A stretch of 64,000 bases of DNA from Geopsychrobacteraceae bacterium (GTDB taxonomy: Bacteria > Desulfobacterota > Desulfuromonadia > Desulfuromonadales > Geopsychrobacteraceae): the NCBI GenBank assembly GCA_963676795.2, contig CAXXTB010000002.1, positions 1,472,001 to 1,536,000 on the forward strand. Direction: 5' to 3'. Shown here piece by piece: positions 8,141 through 18,003 of this stretch (positions are counted from its first letter, which is position 1; every line of letters starts with the position of its first letter). The notes under the pieces are model-generated. The model did no database searches. It saw only the letters and a list, made by a program, of their open reading frames with translations, and was not told where the DNA came from. The position numbers and the translations under genes are program-made.

Positions 8141-9486
8141 CGCGAAGATTTTTTTTGAAAGTCTCTTTAAGCCTTGCTTTGGTTTTAAACTTTATTTCTT
8201 TAGGCGTCTTTTCCAAAAAGACGGAAGCTGTGCAATCTGCAGCCGGAGCGCCGGCCGTATCTTCGGTTGATAATACACGTGGGAACTCAAAAGTCTATGT
8301 TGTGAGTAATGGGTCTCCTGAAGAAAATATTAAAAAAATATTGCATATGATGGGCGGAATTGGGGCGTTTATCGATAAGAATGACATCGTCGTCATCAAA
8401 CCCAATGCTCAGCGATATAACCAGGGGATGACAAACACTGACGCCATCAAGGGTTTTATTGATCTGGTCCTGGCGATAGAGGGGTTTTCCGGTGAAATCA
8501 TTATTGCCGAAAATCACCAATATCAGGACGACGCCTGTTGCGGCTGGACCACAGAAAACAGAAACGGTCAGTTTAATCTTTATGAACTTGTCGAACACTA
8601 TCAGAAAAATGGCATTGCCAACGTCACAAAGTATCACTGGCATGTCGCAGGGCCATGCACATATCCTTTGCAGGGTAATGGCCAGGGGGACCGGCGTGTA
8701 ACGGGTCCTGAACAAGGGGACGGCTACGTCTGGCTGGAAGAGTGTGCTTATCTGTCCCCCTCGGGAAGAAAATGCGTCATGACCTACCCGGTATTTACCT
8801 CGGAGTATAGCGGAATCCGGATCGATCTGAAAAATGGTGCGTGGCAGAATGGGACGTACCTCACCGATCGTAAAGTGAAATTCATCAATTTTTCAGCGTT
8901 GAATCATCATGGTCGCTATGCCGGCGTTTCGGCCAGTGTGAAAAACCTGATGGGCGTTGTTGATATGACCTGTGGTTTTCCGGGCGACTGGCTGAATGAT
9001 ACCTTCAATACGCATCATATCGGCGTTTCCAGAAAAATCCATTGGCTTCATCATGGCCATTGGCGGATTCGTAAGTACAAGGGGAGGTTGCGTTATATGT
9101 TTGAAGATTTCTGCTACAGGGATTTTCACCACACTGGCGGAGCTTTGGGCTATTTCATGGCCAATATCAGACCGCCGGATTTGAATATCATTGCCGCGGA
9201 CCTGGTCGGATGGGGAGATCGCAGAAAGCTGGAAATGGCATTTCGTCCCAAGGCTGTTTTGGCCAGCCAGGATCCGGTTGCCCTGGACTATATTGCCGCA
9301 AAGGAGATCCTCTATCCGAATACTCCCGAAGACGCCGTTGAGGTCGCGGGTGTTGCAATCAAGCAGCTGAACAATCCGGATGACAGGAATGGGCCGTTTT
9401 ATAAATTTCTCAGAGAAACGGCCAAGCATGGACCCTGGATACTTGAAAAGCATAAAATTAATGTTGTATCTGAAAAGATCTCTTGA
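8137..9486 (+). CDS. DUF362-like protein with twin-arginine (Tat) signal peptide
   Basis: MTRRFFLK signal; VVIKPN, IIIAE, SASVKNLMG, PDLNII, DPVALD motifs typical of DUF362. Confidence 0.75.
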   Translation: MTRRFFLKVSLSLALVLNFISLGVFSKKTEAVQSAAGAPAVSSVDNTRGNSKVYVVSNGSPEENIKKILHMMGGIGAFIDKNDIVVIKPNAQRYNQGMTNTDAIKGFIDLVLAIEGFSGEIIIAENHQYQDDACCGWTTENRNGQFNLYELVEHYQKNGIANVTKYHWHVAGPCTYPLQGNGQGDRRVTGPEQGDGYVWLEECAYLSPSGRKCVMTYPVFTSEYSGIRIDLKNGAWQNGTYLTDRKVKFINFSALNHHGRYAGVSASVKNLMGVVDMTCGFPGDWLNDTFNTHHIGVSRKIHWLHHGHWRIRKYKGRLRYMFEDFCYRDFHHTGGALGYFMANIRPPDLNIIAADLVGWGDRRKLEMAFRPKAVLASQDPVALDYIAAKEILYPNTPEDAVEVAGVAIKQLNNPDDRNGPFYKFLRETAKHGPWILEKHKINVVSEKIS

Positions 9487-9507
9487 TGGGCCTGTGCTGG
9501 TGACGCT

Positions 9508-10707
9508 ATGAATCTGTTGTATATTGTTGACATGTTTCCCAGTGTTTCTCAGATCTTTATTTCGCGCGAAATAAGGGTTCTGGAAGAGTTGGGGGAAAAT
9601 GTCACTATCCTGTCCTTGCAGAAGCCATCCGCTGAGCACTGTCTCCATAGAATCAATCAAACAATCAAGGCGAAGATCTATTATTCCGAAGATTTGTCCG
9701 TCAACAAGATTAATAAAGGATTTCAACATTTATCATCCCTTGCTTCTTCGCCGCTGCGCTATTTTTCTGCCTTTCAGGCCTCCAGAAGTCCGGCCGGGCT
9801 ACCGTCGCGCACCTTTCTGTTCCGGCAGCTGCCTCTTTTTCGCGACCTTATGAAAAAGGAGCAAATCGATCACATTCACTGCCATTTCGGCTGGGTAGGG
9901 ATGCTTACCGGATGGATGCTCAATAAGTTGTCCGGTGTGCCTTTTTCAGTGACGCTCCATGGCAGTGACATCCTGGTCAGCCCTTATGAATCCCTGGGTG
10001 ATGTCCTCAAGTCTTCTGCGATGATCGTATGTGTGTCCCGACAAATTCAGGATATTGTGATCAATCGATACGGGGTGAGTGCCGATAAAACCGTAGTGAT
10101 TCGCTGCGGCATTGATCCGCAGCAATTTCAGCAGAAGGCTGCTTTTGAAGGGGACCTTAACATTCTGACAGTTGCGAGGTTGCACCCTGTAAAGGGGCTT
10201 GGTGACCTCGTCGAAGCCTGTCGCTTACTGAAAGAGCAGGGTGTCGTTTTTCACTGTACAATTGCAGGGGAGGGGGATGAGCGCCAGAAACTGGAAGAGC
10301 TGATAGATCAATATGGCCTGGCCGCGTCTGTTGATCTGCCCGGAAGCGTTGCGAACCATGAACTTCCGGGAATATTGACCCGTCATAATATCTTTGTCCT
10401 GCCTAGTCACTCGGAAGGTGTTCCTGTGAGCTTGATGGAGGCCATGGCCGTCGGTCTGCCCGTGGTCGCGACAGATGTCGGTGGTGTTGCGGAGCTTGTC
10501 CGAAAGGGAGAAAATGGTGTCCTCGTAGAACCCGGCAATCCTCTTGCACTGGCTGACGCCATTGTTCAGGTTCAGGCTATGCCGGTCAATGAAAAGCAGC
10601 GCCTTGCCCAGCGCAACAGGGCAAGGGTTGCCGAATTGTTCAATTGCCATACTGAGGGGCGCAGGCTGCGTGACGTTTTTGGTTCCCTGATAGAGGAGAA
10701 TTCATGA
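9508..10707 (+). CDS. Glycosyltransferase family 4 (WcaL-like)
   Basis: HIHCHFG, VTLHGSD, VARLHPVKG, EGVPVSLMEAM. Confidence 0.92.
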   Translation: MNLLYIVDMFPSVSQIFISREIRVLEELGENVTILSLQKPSAEHCLHRINQTIKAKIYYSEDLSVNKINKGFQHLSSLASSPLRYFSAFQASRSPAGLPSRTFLFRQLPLFRDLMKKEQIDHIHCHFGWVGMLTGWMLNKLSGVPFSVTLHGSDILVSPYESLGDVLKSSAMIVCVSRQIQDIVINRYGVSADKTVVIRCGIDPQQFQQKAAFEGDLNILTVARLHPVKGLGDLVEACRLLKEQGVVFHCTIAGEGDERQKLEELIDQYGLAASVDLPGSVANHELPGILTRHNIFVLPSHSEGVPVSLMEAMAVGLPVVATDVGGVAELVRKGENGVLVEPGNPLALADAIVQVQAMPVNEKQRLAQRNRARVAELFNCHTEGRRLRDVFGSLIEENS

Positions 10708-11735
10708 TGACTGCGAATTATTCGATCGACCTGATGACCATCAATGAGATTGATTTGCTCTTTGATTTTCGTAAAAGAGTTCTTCCGGACAATAGTAAAC
10801 AGGCAGATAGAAAACGGTGGCTCTGGTTGCTGAGAGACAACCCCTGCAATAATGGTGAGCTAACCACCTGGGTGCTCAGGACCAATGGGAATATCGTCGG
10901 TTCATCGAGCTGTATTCCCTGTGAATTTATTTGTTCAGGGGCTCAGCTGACGGCAGGTTTTGGTGTCGATTATTTTGTTGATGAAGGGTTCAAGGGGTTG
11001 CCTGCCTTGAAATTGCTGAAAACCAGTCAAGCCTTCGCTGGAGTTCATGTTGTTACCAACCTATCCGACTCCGCGCGAAATCTGTTCCCGAAACTGGGTT
11101 ATGTTGATCTGAGTTCTTTTTTAAACCACGCCGTAACCTATTTAAAGCCGTTGCCAGGTAAAAAGGACAGGCTTAGGTCCAAACTGAAACGTACATATTA
11201 CAGGCGTGTCAGACGAAAATACCGGGCGGCGCCTGATAGCCTTCTGGTTGACGATCAACTGCCGCCTGCCTACGCTGATTTGTGGGAACGGGTGAAGTCG
11301 ACATGCCGCATTGGGGTAAACAAAAATCTGGCCTATATGAAGTGGCGTTACGAACAATGCCCGACTGTCAAGTATCGGTTTGTCAGTCTGGTGCATGGCG
11401 CCTTGATTGAAGGACTCGCGGTTGTCACCATCAACGAGGAACAAGGACTGCGCAGGGGCGTCATTCATGACCTGATTCTTCCTGCGGATTCCCAGGTGCC
11501 CGCGCGAAAACTCCTTGCCGCAACTTTGGACCACTTCTGTGATCAGGGCTGTCAGCTTTGTGAAACTCATCTTATGGCCCCCGGGATTGCAGGAAGCCTG
11601 GAAAAAAGCGGTTTCTCCCTGACCCAAAGCCAACTGGGAATGATGGTGCATTTTGACAAGCGCAACGCTGATCTTGCCGAGATCGTCGATGGGAATGCCT
11701 GGACCTTTAGCCTTGGAGATACCGACAGGTATTAG
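10704..11735 (+). CDS. GNAT-like acyltransferase (EPS modification)
   Basis: Two-domain GNAT-like layout, YMKWRY..CP motif; operon context. Confidence 0.6.
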   Translation: MMTANYSIDLMTINEIDLLFDFRKRVLPDNSKQADRKRWLWLLRDNPCNNGELTTWVLRTNGNIVGSSSCIPCEFICSGAQLTAGFGVDYFVDEGFKGLPALKLLKTSQAFAGVHVVTNLSDSARNLFPKLGYVDLSSFLNHAVTYLKPLPGKKDRLRSKLKRTYYRRVRRKYRAAPDSLLVDDQLPPAYADLWERVKSTCRIGVNKNLAYMKWRYEQCPTVKYRFVSLVHGALIEGLAVVTINEEQGLRRGVIHDLILPADSQVPARKLLAATLDHFCDQGCQLCETHLMAPGIAGSLEKSGFSLTQSQLGMMVHFDKRNADLAEIVDGNAWTFSLGDTDRY

Positions 11736-12760
11736 TGATTGATATGAATATTGAACACTTTAAGGAAAGGATTCATTCATATCTGACTCGTCGTAAGGCG
11801 TTGATTCTCATCTATCACGGCGTTATTTCATCTTCTCTTGAGTTTGACATGTGGACGCAGCTGCCCTTGCCGAACTTTGAATGCCAAATGGACTATCTTA
11901 GACAGCATTTCAGGGTTATTTCCCTTCAGCAGCTGACGGAAGGGATTTCAGGAAACTCGGTTCCTGAAAATGCCGTCTGTTTGACCTTTGATGACGGCTT
12001 TGCTAATAATTACCACCATGCTTATCCTGTGCTGAAGAAATTCAACCTTCCGGCAACAATTTTTCTGGCAACAGGCCATGTTGATCAGGGAACCTTGTTT
12101 TGGCCCGAGCACCTTGCCTACTTGCTTATGAAAACAACGCGAAAAGAACTGGTGGTCAGTTTTGGTTCCTTTCCGCTGAACTCGCCGTCTTTGAAGAAGA
12201 AAGCCTTTATTTTCATACGTGATCATTTGAAAGCTCAGCATCCAAAAGAGATTGAGTTGTTTTTGCGGGATATGGAACAGGTTCTTGGCATTCAATTGAA
12301 CGCCGAGGATCCGCTTTATGCGGAATTAGGCCCGCTGAACTGGCTGCAGATTCGTGAGATGCACGATAGTGGTTTGATCAGTTTTGGCGGGCACACAGTC
12401 AATCACTGTATAATGTCGCGTTTAAATGAGGACGAGGCGCAGTCTGAAGTGTCTGGCTGCCGCGGGCATCTTGATGAAAATTTACCTCAGCGGACCAACC
12501 TCTGGGCCTATCCGAATGGAAGGTTCAGTGATTTTCTGCCGGATCATAAGGAGATGTTGCAACATCATGGTTTTGATGTGCTTCTGACCACAGAACCTGA
12601 GTATGTAACAACATGTTCTGAGATCAGTCAGCTGGGCCGGTGGGGAATAGGTGCAGATATAAAACAAGCCCATTTCAGGAGGATTGTCCATAAATGCAAT
12701 TGGCTCAGTCAGATGTCTGTATCGGAAAAGTTCGGACAAATACTCGGTAACATCTTCTAG
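11735..12760 (+). CDS. Polysaccharide deacetylase (CE4)
   Basis: LIYHGV, LTFDDG, FGGHTVNH, WAYPNG. Confidence 0.92.
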   Translation: MIDMNIEHFKERIHSYLTRRKALILIYHGVISSSLEFDMWTQLPLPNFECQMDYLRQHFRVISLQQLTEGISGNSVPENAVCLTFDDGFANNYHHAYPVLKKFNLPATIFLATGHVDQGTLFWPEHLAYLLMKTTRKELVVSFGSFPLNSPSLKKKAFIFIRDHLKAQHPKEIELFLRDMEQVLGIQLNAEDPLYAELGPLNWLQIREMHDSGLISFGGHTVNHCIMSRLNEDEAQSEVSGCRGHLDENLPQRTNLWAYPNGRFSDFLPDHKEMLQHHGFDVLLTTEPEYVTTCSEISQLGRWGIGADIKQAHFRRIVHKCNWLSQMSVSEKFGQILGNIF

Positions 12761-12763
12761 TTT

Positions 12764-12792
12764 GTTGCCATCCGGAAACTCCGGAGGGCAAC
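12764..12792. repeat. Short hairpin resembling the termini of the adjacent 143-bp element
   Basis: GTTGCCATCCGGA-AAC-TCCGGAGGGCAAC. Confidence 0.7.
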
Positions 12793-12797
12793 GCGTA

Positions 12798-12940
12798 AGT
12801 TTTCAGATTGGAAACGAGTATTTTTTCGTCATGGCAAGGAAATCAAGGAGTTACGCGGAGGCGTAGTGCTTTACGCCGCACAAGTAAGTCCGTAGATTGA
12901 CGCCGCTATGGCGGAAAAGAGCCGTTTCCGGATGAAAACT
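12798..12940. repeat. 143-bp structured repeat / MITE-like element, copy 1
   Basis: Imperfect terminal IRs AGTTTTCAGATTGGAAACG ... CGTTTCCGGATGAAAACT; homologous to 37031-37173. Confidence 0.88.
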
Positions 12941-12971
12941 AGTTTGTTAATTCGTTGTAAGGGTACTCACA

Positions 12972-14579
12972 TTGGCAGCGGCTTCACATATTAAATCAAC
13001 CTTCAAGCATGCACTTATATACAGCAGTGCCGGTATTATCGGTAAGGCTATCGGCTTTATCATGCTGCCAATCTATTCCCATCATCTCCAGGCTGAAGGT
13101 TATGGGGTTATCGGGATGATCGACACCGTTTTGTCGGTCATGACATTGTTGATCGGTTACGGGATTTCCGGCGCCATGAGTCGCTTTTATTATGAAACCA
13201 ATGACGCTGAACAACGCAGAAAAATTGTATCGACGACAATTCTTCTGATGTTCGCACTGGTTCTTATAGTCACAAGCCCGGCGTTGTTGTTTTCCAAACA
13301 GGTCGCCTGGCTGGCTTTTGGCCGCTCCGACTGGCAGTCTTACATTACCCTGGCCGTACTTGCTTTTATGGCAACGATGACAGCGAAGAATGCCGAGAAT
13401 TATATCTATATTCTACAGCGGTCTTTGTTCATGTCATCGATTGCTCTGTGCCGCCTGGTGATCAGCCTGTCCCTGAATATCTACTTTATTGTCTATTTGA
13501 AGCTAGGAGTTCTTGGTTATCTGTACGCATCTTTGATTGACGGGGTACTTTATTCGGTTTTTATGCATGTCATCGCCCTGCGCTCAGTTGGCTTGTCCTT
13601 CGATAGGACTATCGCCCGTAATGTTCTCGGATTCAGCCTGCCGTTGTTGCCGGGCTACGTTGCCATGTTTGTCCGCAACAATGCAGACCGGGTGCTGTTG
13701 AGAACCTTTATGGGCTTGTCACAGGTCGGTGTCTTCGAAGTTCTCTTCAAGTTTGCCACGCTGATAGGATTTTTTGTCGTTGAACCCTTTTCCAAAATCT
13801 GGAGCGTTAAACGTTTTGAGGTCTGTGAGCAGGAAGACGGCCCGCAGATTCTGGCTCAGACCTATACCTATTACCTGGCCATACTTCTTTTTCTTGGTCT
13901 GATTCTTTCACTGGAAATTCCTCTTGTCGTCAGACTGCTGACCCCTGAAACATTCTGGATCAGTGGGTTTGTCGTCTATTTTGCGGTGATCTCACGGATA
14001 TTGTTGGCGTCTTACTATCACCTCTTTTTCGGATTGATGTATGCGAAGAAAACATTCAAGGTCTCCCAGATACAGATGTTGACGGCGGTTATCAGCCTCG
14101 GCATGACCATTCCACTGGTCTGGCAATTCGGTCTGATGGGGGCCGTGCTGGCGGCTACCGCGTCTGCGCTTATCCAATGTCTTCTGGGTTACAGAATGGC
14201 CCGACCGTACTATTATGTTCCGTTTCAGTGGAATAGTATTGTCAAGATGGCAATATTGATGACGGCTTTGTATATCCTTGGTAAGGATTTTACCGTTTCG
14301 GGGACGCCTCTGGAACTGTTTGCCAACCGACACGTGGTTCCGCTTATCGATTCGCTGGGGCAACTGCTTTATCTGGATCATGTCAAAAACGGAAAACTGA
14401 TGGCCTATTTAACCGGCAGTTTGCCAACCGTTATCGATGGTATCCTGATGTTGCTCTATTCATGTTTGTTTATAATCGGACTCATTTTTTTGAAGATCAT
14501 ACCTTCAGACAAAGTGAAGATGTTGTTCAGTATCAGAAAATTGAAAAATCCCAAAAGACTATTTGGGTCAGCCGGGTAG
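12972..14579 (+). CDS. wzx: Polysaccharide flippase (Wzx/MOP family)
   Basis: About 12-14 TM; MLPIYSHHL..EGYG, FSLPLLP, ADRVLL. Confidence 0.85.
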   Translation: MAAASHIKSTFKHALIYSSAGIIGKAIGFIMLPIYSHHLQAEGYGVIGMIDTVLSVMTLLIGYGISGAMSRFYYETNDAEQRRKIVSTTILLMFALVLIVTSPALLFSKQVAWLAFGRSDWQSYITLAVLAFMATMTAKNAENYIYILQRSLFMSSIALCRLVISLSLNIYFIVYLKLGVLGYLYASLIDGVLYSVFMHVIALRSVGLSFDRTIARNVLGFSLPLLPGYVAMFVRNNADRVLLRTFMGLSQVGVFEVLFKFATLIGFFVVEPFSKIWSVKRFEVCEQEDGPQILAQTYTYYLAILLFLGLILSLEIPLVVRLLTPETFWISGFVVYFAVISRILLASYYHLFFGLMYAKKTFKVSQIQMLTAVISLGMTIPLVWQFGLMGAVLAATASALIQCLLGYRMARPYYYVPFQWNSIVKMAILMTALYILGKDFTVSGTPLELFANRHVVPLIDSLGQLLYLDHVKNGKLMAYLTGSLPTVIDGILMLLYSCLFIIGLIFLKIIPSDKVKMLFSIRKLKNPKRLFGSAG

Positions 14580-14583
14580 GGTT

Positions 14584-15660
14584 ATGCCAATCAATATTCT
14601 TTATATGATAGACAGCCTGCAATACGGGGGCACTGAAAAGCAATTGTTCGAGCTGATCAATGGTCTGGACAGGTCTGAATTCTGCCCCTATGTCTGTACG
14701 CTGAAGCCGTCTGGTCGGATAGTTGATGAAATTGAAGTGCCTGTTTTGCAGCTGCCATACAAGAGCTTCTTGCACCCCTCTGTATTTCTTGTCCTGAAAA
14801 AACTCTGCGCATTTATCAGAGAAAACAATATAGATATTGTTCAAACTTTTTTTCAGGATCCCTTTCTTCTGGCCGCTTTAAGCAAACCTTTCCATAAGGC
14901 AAAGCTTGTCGGCTCTTTTCGGGACCTCGGTTTTTGGCGGACGCGGAGCGAAACGTTGAAAATGCGTCTCTCTTATCCCTTTTTCGCAGGTTTTATTGCC
15001 AATTCTCAGGCCGTTAAAAGACACTTTGTAGAGACTGATGGCATTGCCGAAGAGAAGATTAAAGTCATTTATAATGGAATAAACCTAAAGTCCGTTTCTC
15101 AATTGCCATGTAGGGACAGAGAAAGCATGCCGATAGTCGGCATCGTGGCGAATTGCAATCGCCGGGTCAAACGCGTTGATGACTTTATCAGGGCTGCTGC
15201 GCTGGTCCATAAACAATGGCCAGATGTCAGGTTTCAGGTTGTTGGAGATGGAAATTTAAGACCAGAACTAGAGACGCTGTGTGCCACTTTGGGTATTCGT
15301 GAGTACGTTGAATTTGTTGGAAATGTGCCAAATCCACTCGATTACATCAGGCAATTCACAGTAGGGGTGATAACGTCTGAAACAGAAGGATTCTGTAATG
15401 CCATCCTGGAGTACATGGCTTGTGGTGTGCCCGTTGTAGCGACAAATACTGGTGGTAATCCTGAGCTTGTTGAGGATGAAGAAAACGGATTTCTTGTTGA
15501 TATGGGTAATGTTGATCTTCTCTGTTCCAGGATTATAGAGTTGCTTAGCGATGATATGATGAAGAGTGATTTTAGTGTCAAAAGTTTAAATAAAGTGCGC
15601 GAGCAATTGTCAATTGAAAATTTAGTAAATGAAACTAAGTGTTTATATGAAAAGATATAA
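14584..15660 (+). CDS. Glycosyltransferase family 4
   Basis: IDSLQYGGTE, VIYNGI, EGFCNAILEYM. Confidence 0.92.
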   Translation: MPINILYMIDSLQYGGTEKQLFELINGLDRSEFCPYVCTLKPSGRIVDEIEVPVLQLPYKSFLHPSVFLVLKKLCAFIRENNIDIVQTFFQDPFLLAALSKPFHKAKLVGSFRDLGFWRTRSETLKMRLSYPFFAGFIANSQAVKRHFVETDGIAEEKIKVIYNGINLKSVSQLPCRDRESMPIVGIVANCNRRVKRVDDFIRAAALVHKQWPDVRFQVVGDGNLRPELETLCATLGIREYVEFVGNVPNPLDYIRQFTVGVITSETEGFCNAILEYMACGVPVVATNTGGNPELVEDEENGFLVDMGNVDLLCSRIIELLSDDMMKSDFSVKSLNKVREQLSIENLVNETKCLYEKI

Positions 15661-16822
15661 CATAATAAATTTTGGATATAACCCTTGGAGTAATTTCTGG
15701 AAGAGAAATCAGACAATATTCTGCTATTTGTCGAAGGAACGTTTTGTTGATAAATCATACTTTATTAACCAGCCAGTATGGTTATTTGATATTTTTAGGG
15801 ATCCCTTTGGTGAGTTAAAGCGTCCCAAGTTGAATAACTGGTCTAGTGTTTTTCCGAGAAAAACAAAATATTTCAATGGTAAGGTATTTACCCCGCTTAA
15901 TCTGCCTTTGAAAGATTCTTTTTATCCCATTACAAAAATTAATGGTTTTTTGCTTGCTTCCATAGCAAGAAAGATTTCTTCAACACATAACATTTGTTTA
16001 ATCAACACTCCGAGTAAATTTCCTCTTGATTTTATTAAAAAGTACATTTTTTCAGATCTCATTATCTTCGATTGGTCTGATGATTTTGAAAAATTCACCA
16101 GTGATAGCAGTCAAAGGCATGCAATCAGGAGTGTCGTGGAAAACAATATCCGCAGTGCAGATATTGTACTTTGTGTTAATGATAGCCTACTTGAGAGGGC
16201 TAAACAAATTAATGAAAATAGCTATTTGATAAAAAATGCAACAAATTATTTTGAATTTAGTGATGCCGTAGACAGTAAAAATATTTTTGAATCACTGGAT
16301 GGCCCGATCATCGGTTATTTCGGTTGGATAAATGAAGAACGACTTGATCTTGATCTTCTGGAGTATCTGGCCAAGGTTCATAGTGATTGCAATTTTGTAT
16401 TTGTGGGGCCTAAAAGTCATAAAGGGGCTCTTGATATATTAACCGACAAATTCAGAAATATTCGTATATTTCCACCTGTTTCTTACTCGAAGACTCCCCA
16501 GGTTATATCGCGCTTCGACGTGTGTATCCTTCCAAATAAGATCAATGAGCATACATCTGGGAATGACCCTATAAAATTGTTTGACTACCTGGCGAGTGGC
16601 AAACCTGTCGTCAGTACACGCACTGCCGGCACTGAATACCTGCTTAACAGTATCTATATCGCAGACACTCACACTCAATTTTCCGAGCACATTTCAAGAT
16701 CGCTTGATGAAAGTGGTGCGGGTGAAAGCCGAATTATGATCGCCAAAGAAAACAGCTGGAGGAAGAGATATCTAGATGTGTCTAAAATCATTAAATCTGA
16801 ATTAGGTAAATCAAATGCGTAA
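15629..16822 (+). CDS. GT-B glycosyltransferase (TuaH-like); start 15629 or 15647
   Basis: IFDWSDD, IGYFG, DPIKLFDYLASGKPVVST. Confidence 0.85.
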   Translation: MKLSVYMKRYNIINFGYNPWSNFWKRNQTIFCYLSKERFVDKSYFINQPVWLFDIFRDPFGELKRPKLNNWSSVFPRKTKYFNGKVFTPLNLPLKDSFYPITKINGFLLASIARKISSTHNICLINTPSKFPLDFIKKYIFSDLIIFDWSDDFEKFTSDSSQRHAIRSVVENNIRSADIVLCVNDSLLERAKQINENSYLIKNATNYFEFSDAVDSKNIFESLDGPIIGYFGWINEERLDLDLLEYLAKVHSDCNFVFVGPKSHKGALDILTDKFRNIRIFPPVSYSKTPQVISRFDVCILPNKINEHTSGNDPIKLFDYLASGKPVVSTRTAGTEYLLNSIYIADTHTQFSEHISRSLDESGAGESRIMIAKENSWRKRYLDVSKIIKSELGKSNA

Positions 16823-18002
16823 AGAGATAAGGGTGTTACATTGTATTCTCGAATTTTATCCAGTCTTTACCGGGCATGGTTTGTATCTGACTCAGTTGTT
16901 CAAATTTTTGGATAAGGGTGTAAAAAATTCCATATTGTCTTTGAGTTTTAATAAGTATATCTCCTATGAAAAATTCAACGACATAGACATATATAGAGTG
17001 CCGTTTTCCCCTGGTGGCAAGTTCTCAGACATGCGGCAGTCACTTGCCCTTCTGTTATCACTGTTTAAGTATCGCCATACATTCGATGTTCTGCATTTGC
17101 ACGGGCACGTTGACCTCTATGGACTGATAGCGCTGTTTTGTAAGCTATACAATAAAAAGATTGTCATGCAGATGGTCCTTATGGGGTCAGACGATCCGTT
17201 GACAATTAAAAAATCCTACAAACTGATGTGGGCAAGATTTCCACTGTTTAAACTTATGGATAAGTTTATCTGTATTTCCAGTCCTTTGGTTCAGGCCTGC
17301 CTCGATGCGGGCATTCCTGAGAACAAAGTGATTTTGATACCTCAGGGTGTTAACAATTTGAAATTTTCTCCACCGACCCTTGATGAAAGATCGCGTCTGA
17401 GAAGAGACTTTGGTTTCACTGATGAAGATCGGATTGTAACTTTTGTCGGAGCTATCATTGAAAGGAAGGGGGTCGACGTACTTGTTGATGCTTGGAAAGA
17501 GATTCAGTCCAGGGTCGATAATGCTGTATTGCTGCTGGTTGGCCCCTATGAATTTGGCGATGAAGACAAGAATTGTTCGACACTCTCGGTTTATGTTGAG
17601 AGTATCATTGGCAAGATCAGAAAGGACGATCTTAAGGTTGTTCTTGTCGGGAGGAGCGACCAGGTTGATCTTCTGCTGAAAATGTCAGATGTCTTTGTTC
17701 TTCCTTCTCGTAAGGAGGGCTTTGGAAATGTAATTCTAGAAGCAATGGCTTGCGGTGTTCCTCCTGTGGTTACTTATATGGACGGTGTCGCTTTAGAAAC
17801 TGTCGAAAATGGCTTCAATGGCTACATAGTCAGTGGAGAAAGTGATCTGTCCGATAAAGTTTCCTTATTGTTAAGCGATAAATGCACTTATTCAAAAATG
17901 TCAAAAAATTCAATTGCAAAGGTTGATAAAGAATTCAGTATGACTGTTATTGCACCTAAGTACAGTGATGTTTATGACACTTTGATGGGAGGTGGGGACT
18001 GA
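16815..18002 (+). CDS. Glycosyltransferase family 4
   Basis: FVGAIIERKG, EGFGNVILEAM. Confidence 0.92.
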   Translation: MRKEIRVLHCILEFYPVFTGHGLYLTQLFKFLDKGVKNSILSLSFNKYISYEKFNDIDIYRVPFSPGGKFSDMRQSLALLLSLFKYRHTFDVLHLHGHVDLYGLIALFCKLYNKKIVMQMVLMGSDDPLTIKKSYKLMWARFPLFKLMDKFICISSPLVQACLDAGIPENKVILIPQGVNNLKFSPPTLDERSRLRRDFGFTDEDRIVTFVGAIIERKGVDVLVDAWKEIQSRVDNAVLLLVGPYEFGDEDKNCSTLSVYVESIIGKIRKDDLKVVLVGRSDQVDLLLKMSDVFVLPSRKEGFGNVILEAMACGVPPVVTYMDGVALETVENGFNGYIVSGESDLSDKVSLLLSDKCTYSKMSKNSIAKVDKEFSMTVIAPKYSDVYDTLMGGGD

Positions 18003-18003
18003 A

